This document shows, in pieces, positions 57,201 to 64,000 of a DNA stretch of 64,000 bases. Below the pieces are notes generated by a model. The model saw nothing but the letters and a program-made list of their open reading frames with translations. It ran no database searches and was not told the origin of the DNA. Numbering within the stretch: position 1 is the stretch's first letter; the number at the start of each line of letters is the position of its first letter. The translations under genes and the position numbers were made by a program. The stretch spans positions 71,300,001-71,364,000 of the forward strand of contig OX597824.1 of the NCBI GenBank assembly GCA_951406725.2, written 5' to 3'. Origin of the DNA: Octopus vulgaris. Lineage: Eukaryota.

Positions 57201-60200
57201 TTGTTCCTTCTCAAGCCATGCCTGTTTCCTAAGGGCCGGTTTCCCAGTTTCCTTGGCGTATAGGTTCCCCACCTAGACAGGACGCCAGTCTGTCGCAGGT
57301 GAACTGCAAGATGCAGGAGGAAAGAGTGAGAGAAAGTTGTGGCGAAAGAGTCGGCTGAAGTTCGCCATTACCTTCTGCCGGAGCCGCGTGGAGCTTAGGT
57401 GTTTCGCTCATAAACATACACATCGCCCGGTCTGAGATTCAAACCTGTGATCCCTTGACCGCGAGTCCGCTACTCTAACCACTAGGCCATGTGCCTCCAC
57501 TCTAGTGTATATTAAGAATGCACAAACAGTGTAGTGGGATCATAGGCAGGCTGGCAAAAGCAGAGTTTGTATATGGAAGCAGAAAGAATAATAAGTCCCT
57601 TCAAATGCTTGCAAGGCTAACTGAATGTAGTTGGTAACTTTTGCTATAAATGTAACCGAAATAGCAATGGTAAGTGGGTGTTCGGGAAGTAAAGTAATCA
57701 GAGTAAGAATAGGCTGGAAAAAGTTCAGGGACTTATTATCTGTGCTGTTGAAAATGGTTTCTCTCTCAGAGTAAAAGACAAATTGTATGATGCTTGTATA
57801 AGAGGTACAAGCTAAATGGTAGTGAGACTGAAGGAGAGCTGGCAGAAACGTTAGCACACCGGGCGAAATGCTTAACGGTATTTCGCTTGTCGTTACGTTG
57901 TGAGCTCAAATTCCGCCGAGGTTGACTTTGCCTTTCATCCTTTCGGGGTCGATAAATTAAGTACCAGTTACGCACTGGGGTCGACGTAATCGACTTAATA
58001 CCTATGTCTGTCCTTGTTTGTCCCCTCTATGTTTAGCCCCTTGTGGGTAATAAAGAAATAGGTAGTGAGACTGAAGACATGCAATGGCTTGAGAGAAATG
58101 AAGCAAACATACTCAACTGGATGTGTAGCAATGTTTGCATGTATGAAGAAGAGATCACAAATGAGATGAGAAAAAAGCTTGATCTGAGAGGAATCAACTG
58201 TTGTGCACAATAGATGAGACTGCACTGGTATGGGCACACAATGCATATAGAGGATGTTAGTTGTATAAAATGCCACACACTTGAAACATATGGAACCTTT
58301 GGGAAGAGGTAAACCAAGAACGACATGAGACAAAGTGTTGTAGACTGATGTGATAAAGCTGAACTTCACAAAAAAAGTGAGACAGAACCAAGATGTTTGG
58401 CAAAATGCAGTGAAGGAGAAGACCCACTTGCTGATGTGAGCATGGTAAAATAGTTGTTAGAATGAAGGTGGATGGTTGAAATGTCTATCTGATACGTTTA
58501 AATTGGGTCTCTCACCCTTATATTCCCTTTAAGACTTCATCCACTGTCCTCTTTGTTACTTCCTCATCAATCACCCTCTCTCTCCTCCTATTCACTGTAT
58601 CATACTGCCATCTACCATACAAGATGGTAACATTTGATCAGTTCATATTCATTCCCTCCACTATCAGTCTTCCTGTCATCACCCTTTATCACTCTACCTC
58701 TCTTCCACCACCCCCTCTATCAACTATCATAACACTTGTGTAATGAGTGATGCTATGTAGTCCATCCACTATCATTTTCTCTCTCCCACGACTATTCTTT
58801 GGTAGCTACTACCCTCATCTACCATAGGCCATCTCTATTCATACACATCGCTCTTCTTTTACCTGCCTGGTCATCACCACTCTCTCTTCTATTCACTCCA
58901 TTGGTCATGTTTACCTTGAAAGAATGGAGACAACAGACTAGAGAGATCCCGTTTGTCTTGTCAAGGATATAATTTCTCTAGTGCTATGATAAAATGCATC
59001 CAGCCACAGAAATCATACCCAAAATGGAACGTACAAGTAATAAGATATGGTCCTCTTGCCAACCTAAAGGAGAATAAAATGCATCTTGTCAAACACACAA
59101 CACTATAAGAGCATCTGACCATAAAATCCTGCCCGAATTCCTCATTCAACTAATGCCAGCAAGGGATGCTAAATTATAACAGATGCTAAATGGATATACA
59201 CATACAAACACGATGATGAAAAATAATATTAAGTAAAAATCAATAATTATTATGAATGGATAAATTGCTGAGATTTCAACATCAATTCATGTAAACATTG
59301 TTGGCGTTAGGAAGGGCATCCAGCTGTAGAAACACTGCCAGATCAGACTGGAGCCTGGTGCAGCCCCTGGCTTCCCAGACCCCGGTCGAACCGTCCAACC
59401 CGTGCTAGTGCGGAAAACGGACATTAAACGATGATGATTGTAAGAGAAACTGGTAATTGAACCAAGTATTATAGCTTGCTGAACTTTCCTAGATCAAATC
59501 CAGTGATTTGCATCATAAAGTAACAGCTGGGGCTAGCTTTACCTTTAAAAAATCAAAGGTTAACAAACTATACCTTAACAAAAACTGTCATTGGGCTTAT
59601 TACTACTAAGAGTAATGGTAGTGTTATTATTACTACTACTATTATGATTATAACTACCACTGTTACTGTTTAGTCCCAGATCATACCTAATTGAAGAGAC
59701 CTAAAATCAAAATGTATTCCAGCCATGATCATCCTTGTTTTGATTAGGTATAGTGTCGTCCCATACTACATTCTCCAACAAGTCATATTATTTAAGAGGT
59801 TAGGGGTGTGAGTTAAAGATTTAGTTGTTATTTCTAGCTGATTAAGAAACCATGTAGAGTTATTACGATTATTGCTCGTGACAGAGCTCCGTTTATGGGC
59901 AAACTAGTAGAGTGCTAGAAAAAATACTTTTGTGTTATTTCATTGCAACCCCTTTACAACCTAAATTCATCCTCTTCGACTTTGCCTTTCAACCCTCCAA
60001 TAGAGGTGGGGAGTTGATGAAATAAAGTACTCGTAACGTTGAGAGTTAAAATGGGAATCACTCGAGTCAGCTAGTTGCAGAATTCGTGTCTTATGAGAGT
60101 AGGTTCTCACATAGGAGAACAGGTAGGGCAACGAATGAAACACCTTATGCAGTTTAGTTGCGTTCCTTTCCATTCTGAGTTCGAATTCTTCAAGGTCGTC

Positions 60201-61324
60201 TTTACCTTTCACCGTTTTGTTTGGTGCTTAGTCTCGTCGATAAAATAACAGTCGTGCACTAGGTGGGAGTGGATTGAGTTTACTATAAACACTATCTCCC
60301 GAAGTGTGTGGCTTTTTGCCCGAGTCAGAGATTGGTACGACTACTACTACTGCTACTATTGTGTGGGGGGAGAAGGTAAACACATTTTGCGTGAATTTTC
60401 TTTCTTCCACACTATTACCCCACCCCCACATCCCTACCATTATCATCCCAACCTCTACCAGGTTGTATGTATGCGTGTGTGTCAACATCTCACACACACA
60501 CACACAGACACACAAAGAAATTCCACTTCAGAAAATGAAGTGTAAAACAAAACAAAAAAAAAAAAAAGAAAAACGAAGAAGAAAAAAAAGGCAAAACAAA
60601 GCAGATTAAAAGCAGAAAAATCCTACATTATTTCGGTAAAAGACATCGTATGAACTGACCTATCTAACCAGTTACTGACATATATAATTTTAAACAGAGA
60701 ACAAAAAAGAAAGAAGAAAAAAATTAAAACCCATACACACACTAACAAAACAAAAAAAAACCAAGGCAGTGACAGTTAATGATGATATCATATAAATAAA
60801 TATTAATACCAGTAAAGAGGACACATCATACACACAATCATCAAATTATAAACATTGCAATAATTATCGACGTAATTATTTTTCGTAGCGCTAAAAACAA
60901 AAGAAAGAAAAAAAAAACCTTTTAAAGTAAGATGAAGAGAAAGGAGAATGCCTCTTCAATGTACGTTTCTCACACAGACACACACACACACACACAAGTG
61001 CGATGGCGAGGTATATATTAAGACAGGAGGTAAATATAATAAAAGTATAAACGTTAAAAAAAAATGAAAACAGCAAGTCCCAAAATAAAAGAGGAAACCA
61101 GATCCAAAAAGGAAATAAGTCGAGATAAATTGAGAAAGATTAAAACAAAAGCAGAAGACAAATTAAGTAACACGAAATTTAAATACACACACACACAATA
61201 TATATATAAGTATATACGTGTATGTGTACGCGCGCATGAATGAATGCATCTTACATATACGTATATCGAAAATTTTATAAACACACGCATGAATGCATCT
61301 AATGTGTATGTGTATGTACGTGTA

Positions 61325-61390
<66 letters not shown>

Positions 61391-61394
61391 TGTA

Positions 61395-61440
<46 letters not shown>

Positions 61441-61953
61441 ATTTTATAGACACGCTACGTACTGACCAACCGACATAAGGGGATAATTGTGCCAATTAGC
61501 TAACCTAGTAAGTGCATTAGCACAAAAATCAGTCTTTTTGTTACTGTCTGTGAGTATTGCTGATATTATTTCAAACCCCACTGCAGTTGATTGTGTATGC
61601 CTTTCATCCTTCTACTGGGATCGATAAAATAAAGTGACAGTCAGTCAAGTGCTAATCTCGATCCCAACTGTTCTGATAGCGTTAAAATCATTAATAATGA
61701 TAATAATAATTCTTATTATTATAGTTTCTGAATTTAGGTACAAAGCCAGAAATTTCGAGGGAGTAAGGAGTTCGCTAATACGATCAACCCCCGTAGTACT
61801 TTATTTGAAATTTATTTTATCGACTGTGGAAGGACAAGAACGGTAAAGCCGACTTCCGCAAGATTCGAACTCTCAACGTAAAGTAGTACAACGAAAATAA
61901 TGCAGATATTTTCTCCGATGCTCTGTAGTTTCTGCCAACCTTTTGTTGTTGTT

Positions 61954-61991
<38 letters not shown>

Positions 61992-62306
61992 GTTAGTAGT
62001 AGTAAGATCCAGTGATTAGGTGAGCTAATGTACGCGATTCGGGTTTCGAATCAGATGGTGGAGACATCTCTCACCAGCTGAGAGAGAGAGAAAGGTAGAG
62101 AAATAAAGGTATAAAGATCAACATTTGAATATATTCTCATTACCATCATCATTGTCGCCCTTCCCCTAAACACACATCAAACCAGGAGCAACTATCAATT
62201 TAGACAAATGGAGAAAAAGATATGTGTATGTATATGTATATATATATATATATAGCGAGAGAGAGAGAACAGATAATAATGATACATATAAAGAATTAAA
62301 ATATGA

Positions 62307-62353
<47 letters not shown>

Positions 62354-62523
62354 GCATACACACACACACACACAAACATGTGTGTGCGCGTATATGTGTA
62401 TGCATGTATGTATATAATCTGACCTTTTCCCATTCACCATCCATGACATGCCCCCGAAATTTCGCAGCAGCGGGGTGTTCCAACATACATCCAGACTCCG
62501 ACATCAACAACTCCACAGTACGA
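18765..62523 (-). CDS. WDR26: WD repeat-containing protein 26 (CTLH/GID complex subunit, Gid7 orthologue); spliced, 13 coding exons in window, 5' end (first exon) outside window
   Basis: Hand-spliced join: 62523-62424, 43245-43186, 40778-40642, 36235-36138, 34749-34593, 29689-29551, 27972-27832, 26600-26481, 24873-24728, 23433-23355, 22573-22444, 20945-20772, 18796-18765. All introns are GT-AG, phases are compatible and there are no internal stops. Translation matches WDR26 as I recall it ([90 protein letters not shown]). Confidence 0.96.
18835..19216 (-). mobile_element. Two tandem family C SINE copies in the last WDR26 intron
   Basis: Same blocks as the 11530-12875 array. Confidence 0.82.
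20030..20705 (-). mobile_element. RTE-LINE 3' UTR remnant (tail plus pyrimidine-rich spacer)
   Basis: ccatactggcatgggttgg tail motif followed by a purine-rich stretch; mirror image of 56150-56665. Confidence 0.6.
20772..20945 (-). CDS. WDR26: WDR26 exon (174 nt; last WD40): [57 protein letters not shown]
   Basis: ttttctAG acceptor, GTaagt donor. Confidence 0.96.
21070..21400 (-). mobile_element. tRNA-derived SINE (family B-like head, tail type 3)
   Basis: gggaatcgaactc B-box complement; similar to 5130-5452. Confidence 0.78.
21675..21903. mobile_element. piggyBac-like MITE family 1
   Basis: TTAA-CCCTTTAGT ... ACTAAAGGG-TTAA. Confidence 0.85.
22444..22573 (-). CDS. WDR26: WDR26 exon (130 nt): [43 protein letters not shown]
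   Basis: tcttttAG acceptor, GTaact donor. Confidence 0.96.
22925..23262 (+). mobile_element. Degenerate R4/Dong-like LINE 3' fragment (restriction-like endonuclease domain)
   Basis: Translates [25 protein letters not shown] and [12 protein letters not shown]...[14 protein letters not shown], resembling the RPD and VIGALG/LGTARIL motifs. Confidence 0.7.
23355..23433 (-). CDS. WDR26: WDR26 exon (79 nt): [26 protein letters not shown]
   Basis: ttctccacAG acceptor, GTaagc donor. Confidence 0.95.
24040..24500 (-). mobile_element. Degenerate L1/Tx1 LINE reverse-transcriptase fragment
   Basis: [13 protein letters not shown] motif, comparable to ILAKVLLKRL in the LINE at 100-140. Confidence 0.6.
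24728..24873 (-). CDS. WDR26: WDR26 exon (146 nt): [48 protein letters not shown]
   Basis: tcttgcAG acceptor, GTaagt donor. Confidence 0.95.
26481..26600 (-). CDS. WDR26: WDR26 exon (120 nt; WD40): [40 protein letters not shown]
   Basis: tttttgtAG acceptor, GTaagc donor, phase 0/0. Confidence 0.95.
26957..27372 (+). mobile_element. Family A SINE
   Basis: Full head-core-microsatellite-tail layout, CpG-decayed. Confidence 0.82.
27832..27972 (-). CDS. WDR26: WDR26 exon (141 nt; WD40): [47 protein letters not shown]
   Basis: aaacAG acceptor, GTgagg donor; GH...WN WD40 repeat. Confidence 0.95.
28209..28325. repeat. Short palindromic element within (TA)n with an internal 21-bp tandem duplication
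   Basis: tagtttggattctttgccatcaaatttg vs caaatttgatggcaaagaatccaaacta. Confidence 0.85.
29120..29335. mobile_element. piggyBac-like MITE family 2
   Basis: TTAA-CCCTTT.GTTACC ... GGTATCAAAAGGG-TTAA; relatives at about 23470-23620, 40109-40325, 48187-48419 and 51193-51417. Confidence 0.8.
29551..29689 (-). CDS. WDR26: WDR26 exon (139 nt; first WD40): [46 protein letters not shown]
   Basis: tttatAG acceptor, GTaagt donor; WD40 signature. Confidence 0.96.
31000..31292 (-). mobile_element. tRNA-derived SINE (family B head, tail type 2)
   Basis: Similar to 4300-4592. Confidence 0.78.
32570..33400 (-). mobile_element. Degenerate RTE-clade LINE reverse-transcriptase fragment
   Basis: Minus strand reads [10 protein letters not shown] near 33260-33295, KKAFD near 33155-33170 and VHQG near 33015-33027. 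Confidence 0.7.
33859..34177. mobile_element. Tc1/pogo(Tigger)-like MITE interrupted by a microsatellite and a tandem repeat
   Basis: TA-CAGTAGTACCTC ... GAGGTACTACTG-TA; partial second right end at 34210-34258. Confidence 0.7.
33954..34126 (+). repeat. 48-bp tandem repeat (about 3.5 copies) made of the RTE 3' terminus
   Basis: Unit aacggacgctaaacgatgatgatgagtccaacccatgctagcatggaa; copies nearly identical. Confidence 0.92.
34593..34749 (-). CDS. WDR26: WDR26 exon (157 nt): [51 protein letters not shown]
   Basis: ttttactAG acceptor, GTtggt donor; overlaps ORF 34550-34765. Confidence 0.95.
35091..35345 (-). mobile_element. Young tRNA-derived SINE (family B head, tail type 1) with probable TSD
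   Basis: ggaatcgaaacc B-box complement, CpGs retained, flanks cagAatagatgta / cagTatagatgta. Confidence 0.85.
36138..36235 (-). CDS. WDR26: WDR26 exon (98 nt): [32 protein letters not shown]
   Basis: ttgttgtctAG acceptor, GTgagt donor; WEGKG..SR.KL motif. Confidence 0.95.
37777..38087 (+). mobile_element. Young tRNA-derived SINE (family D head, tail type 4), resembling octopus OR-type SINEs
   Basis: tggcccaatggttag A-box, cttcaattccc B-box; 12-bp TSD ATATTATAAAAG (37765-37776 / 38088-38099). The OR-type assignment is from memory. Confidence 0.88.
38291..38627 (+). mobile_element. Family A SINE
   Basis: Head ggcatggctatgtgataagaag...ggttcagtccc and body as in 26957-27372. Confidence 0.8.
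40642..40778 (-). CDS. WDR26: WDR26 exon (137 nt): [45 protein letters not shown]
   Basis: tttcAG acceptor, GTaagt donor; CTLH/CRA-region homology. Confidence 0.95.
40850..41320 (-). mobile_element. RTE LINE 3' UTR with internal sub-repeats and (GAT)n tail
   Basis: catcatcatcgtttaacgtccgctttccatgctagcatgggttgg terminus; three gtgctttttacgtgccacc-like sub-repeats. Confidence 0.78.
42255..42720 (+). mobile_element. Internally deleted RTE LINE linking the ORF end to the common 3' tail
   Basis: [17 protein letters not shown] then RGRPRKT remnants, followed directly by aggaagggcatccagc...ccaacccatgccagcatgg...gatgat. Confidence 0.78.
43186..43245 (-). CDS. WDR26: WDR26 exon (60 nt): [20 protein letters not shown]
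   Basis: ttttctttctAG acceptor, GTaatg donor, phase 0/0; similar to vertebrate AENDLNELK; not in the ORF track. Confidence 0.92.
46120..46337 (-). mobile_element. Family C SINE
   Basis: Same blocks as the 11530-12875 array. Confidence 0.82.
48187..48419. mobile_element. piggyBac-like MITE family 2
   Basis: TTAA-CCCTTTTGTTAC ... GGTATCGAAAAGG-TTAA. Confidence 0.8.
48822..49195. mobile_element. Old, long imperfect foldback element
   Basis: Nested inverted matches: gcaatcataatatactatac/gtatagtatattatggttgc, ttagcagtgcta/tagcactgctaa, ttttgtatcca/tggatacaaaa. Confidence 0.65.
51193..51417. mobile_element. piggyBac-like MITE related to family 2
   Basis: aacccttttcttac ... gaaagggttaa ends; shared aagaatttagtaaaataac body. 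Confidence 0.72.
52099..52208. repeat. 55-bp direct tandem duplication (one mismatch)
   Basis: aaaggccactttggat(t/g)aaagaattttaatcaaaattttcagatcagaaactgga x2. Confidence 0.93.
52560..53545 (+). mobile_element. Degenerate RTE LINE 3' half
   Basis: YADDL (tatgctgatgaccta at about 52579), LERNEAS, RLCWY and G.PRK.W remnants. Confidence 0.78.
54640..55282. mobile_element. Probable old non-autonomous DNA transposon with repeated subterminal motifs
   Basis: gattcaaaatatacc...agttttg occurs twice (about 54686 and 55003) and inverted at about 55182-55230; tggtgcctt/aaggcacca ends. Confidence 0.45.
55320..56665 (+). mobile_element. Degenerate RTE LINE 3' half with pyrimidine-rich spacer and 3' tail
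   Basis: [17 protein letters not shown] and [12 protein letters not shown] remnants; tail ccaacccataccagtatgg at about 56615. Confidence 0.75.
57189..57500 (-). mobile_element. Young tRNA-derived SINE (family D head, tail type 1)
   Basis: 13-bp TSD TCTAGTGTATATT (57176-57188 / 57501-57513); (CAA)n tail; 5' half shared with 37777-38087. Confidence 0.9.
57560..58450 (+). mobile_element. Degenerate RTE LINE 3' fragment interrupted by a SINE
   Basis: [20 protein letters not shown] and RLHWYGH remnants. Confidence 0.75.
57834..58060 (+). mobile_element. Young family C SINE with an alternative tail, nested in the RTE fragment
   Basis: 16-bp TSD GGTAGTGAGACTGAAG (57818-57833 / 58061-58076); CpG-rich. 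Confidence 0.92.
59299..59438 (+). mobile_element. Young 5'-truncated RTE 3' terminus
   Basis: ttggcgttaggaagggcatccagctg ... ggacattaaacgatgatga, CpGs intact. Confidence 0.8.
61190..61450. repeat. (TA)n-rich compound microsatellite
   Basis: Direct inspection. Confidence 0.95.
62424..62523 (-). CDS. WDR26: WDR26 exon (100 nt; end of LisH / start of CTLH): [33 protein letters not shown]
   Basis: tttcAG acceptor, GTcaga donor; begins with the last base of a split codon, so an upstream exon is required. Confidence 0.95.
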
Positions 62524-62659
62524 CTGAAATGCATACAAAAAGAACTCATTAAATAACTCCACAGTTTAACTTGGTTGATATTTAATTAACGTTTAATGAA
62601 AAAAATGGCAACGGTAATAATAGACCTGTATAATAAACATACACAAACGAATATCAACA

Positions 62660-63130
62660 GATATATATATATATATATATATATAAAGAAAGAGAGAGAG
62701 AGGGGGAGAGAGAAAATAATGATATACACATCTATATATATCGATACACACACACACATATATATGTATATATATATATATATATAGGGAGATAGATACA
62801 CATATATACATCTACATATGCTGATACACACAGATTATATATATATATATACACACACATACCACACATGTATATACATATATAACGAGAGGGATACAGA
62901 GATAAGCAAATAGATGAGGGTATATAATATACGTATACACTGTAAAATACATAGATTGTGTGTGTATCCCAACAACTGAAGTGCCTACTTATACACAAAA
63001 TAACGAAAACCAAAACAGTAACTTTCAAATATTTTAGACAGAAAGGTTCTTGAATATAAATATAAATATATATAAATATATATATATATAATATATATAT
63101 ATATATGTATACACACACGCACACATCATG
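62660..63130. repeat. Compound (TA)n/(CA)n/(GA)n microsatellite region
   Basis: Direct inspection. Confidence 0.9.
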
Positions 63131-63849
63131 TCTATGTAATGGGCGATACAATATTCTTTAAAGGACTCTTCAGTTCATTTTTTTAATGACGACAGTCTAA
63201 ATAATCGTTTTAGGTTATAAAAAGGTAAGGTGCGAAATAACTGCACGAATGTATATACAAGATAGGACAGGATAGATTGTGTGTGTGTGTGTATATATAG
63301 ATATATATATATACGTTGTAAGTATATACAATTATACACAGTAGGTTTCCTGCCTGTTCAAGAGTATATATATATATATATATATATATCTTGAATTATA
63401 TTAATGAAGAATAATGTTTTTGTTTTGGAGTGGTTTTTTTAAAAAAATTATATGGAGAAAGATAAATTCACAATTTATTAGCTGAACGTAGGTATTTCGA
63501 AATAAAGGTTGAAAGATCTGTTTTTCTTTTTTAAAACACGGTACGTTATTGCTAGCCAATTTTAAAATTAAACTGGTATATATAAACATATACACTCACA
63601 AAATCTGTGAATATAAATAAAAGGTGATGATTTATATATGGTCTAGTTGGCTTCACATAACAGACATTACGTAGAAATTAACAGCTGTAGTCGAATTTAA
63701 AAGGGAGGATTATATAAAATACGCACACACACACACAACAAAAAAATCCACAAAATTATGTATATATATAGGTGGTAGATAGAATCCTTATATATATATA
63801 CATATATATATAATATATAAATATATATATGGCGGTAGATAGTATCCTA

Positions 63850-63894
<45 letters not shown>

Positions 63895-64000
63895 GGTATA
63901 TAAAGTTATAGATATTTATATAATTCTTTTATTTATGAGAATAATACATTAGGTGACGGATATTTTAGTCTATCTATATTTTATATATGTGGTAAATAGA

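Noticed and set aside
43246-62423. Nested protein-coding gene in the large intron
   Set aside because: ORFs there trace to RTE/SINE remnants or low-complexity sequence; no coherent exon chain found
62524-64000. WDR26 first exon or promoter
   Set aside because: No LisH-start peptide (IRLIGQHL-like) in this stretch; it is microsatellite-rich intron

Overview
AT-rich, microsatellite- and SINE-dense eukaryotic DNA. The repeat landscape and large introns suggest a cephalopod (octopus-like) genome; this is an inference. One protein-coding gene is supported: a WDR26 (Gid7, CTLH/GID E3 ligase subunit) orthologue on the minus strand. I spliced 13 coding exons by hand (62523 to 18765; all introns GT-AG, phases consistent; 1513 nt, about 503 aa ending ...SGRSTPV*). 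The first coding exon lies beyond position 64000. The rest is mostly transposon debris: a Tx1/L1-type LINE abutting a mariner, RTE and R4/Dong-like LINE fragments, several tRNA-derived SINE families that share interchangeable modules, TTAA-flanked piggyBac-like MITEs, and foldback elements sitting in (TA)n tracts. Almost all ORFs in the supplied track are spurious. Best leads: a candidate unannotated 68-nt poison or alternative exon in WDR26, a foldback element with two hammerhead-ribozyme-like cores, a near-perfect 73-bp-stem hairpin downstream of the WDR26 stop, module-swapped SINEs with intact target-site duplications (TSDs), and a 7-copy head-to-tail SINE array. No wholly new system is demonstrated from sequence alone.
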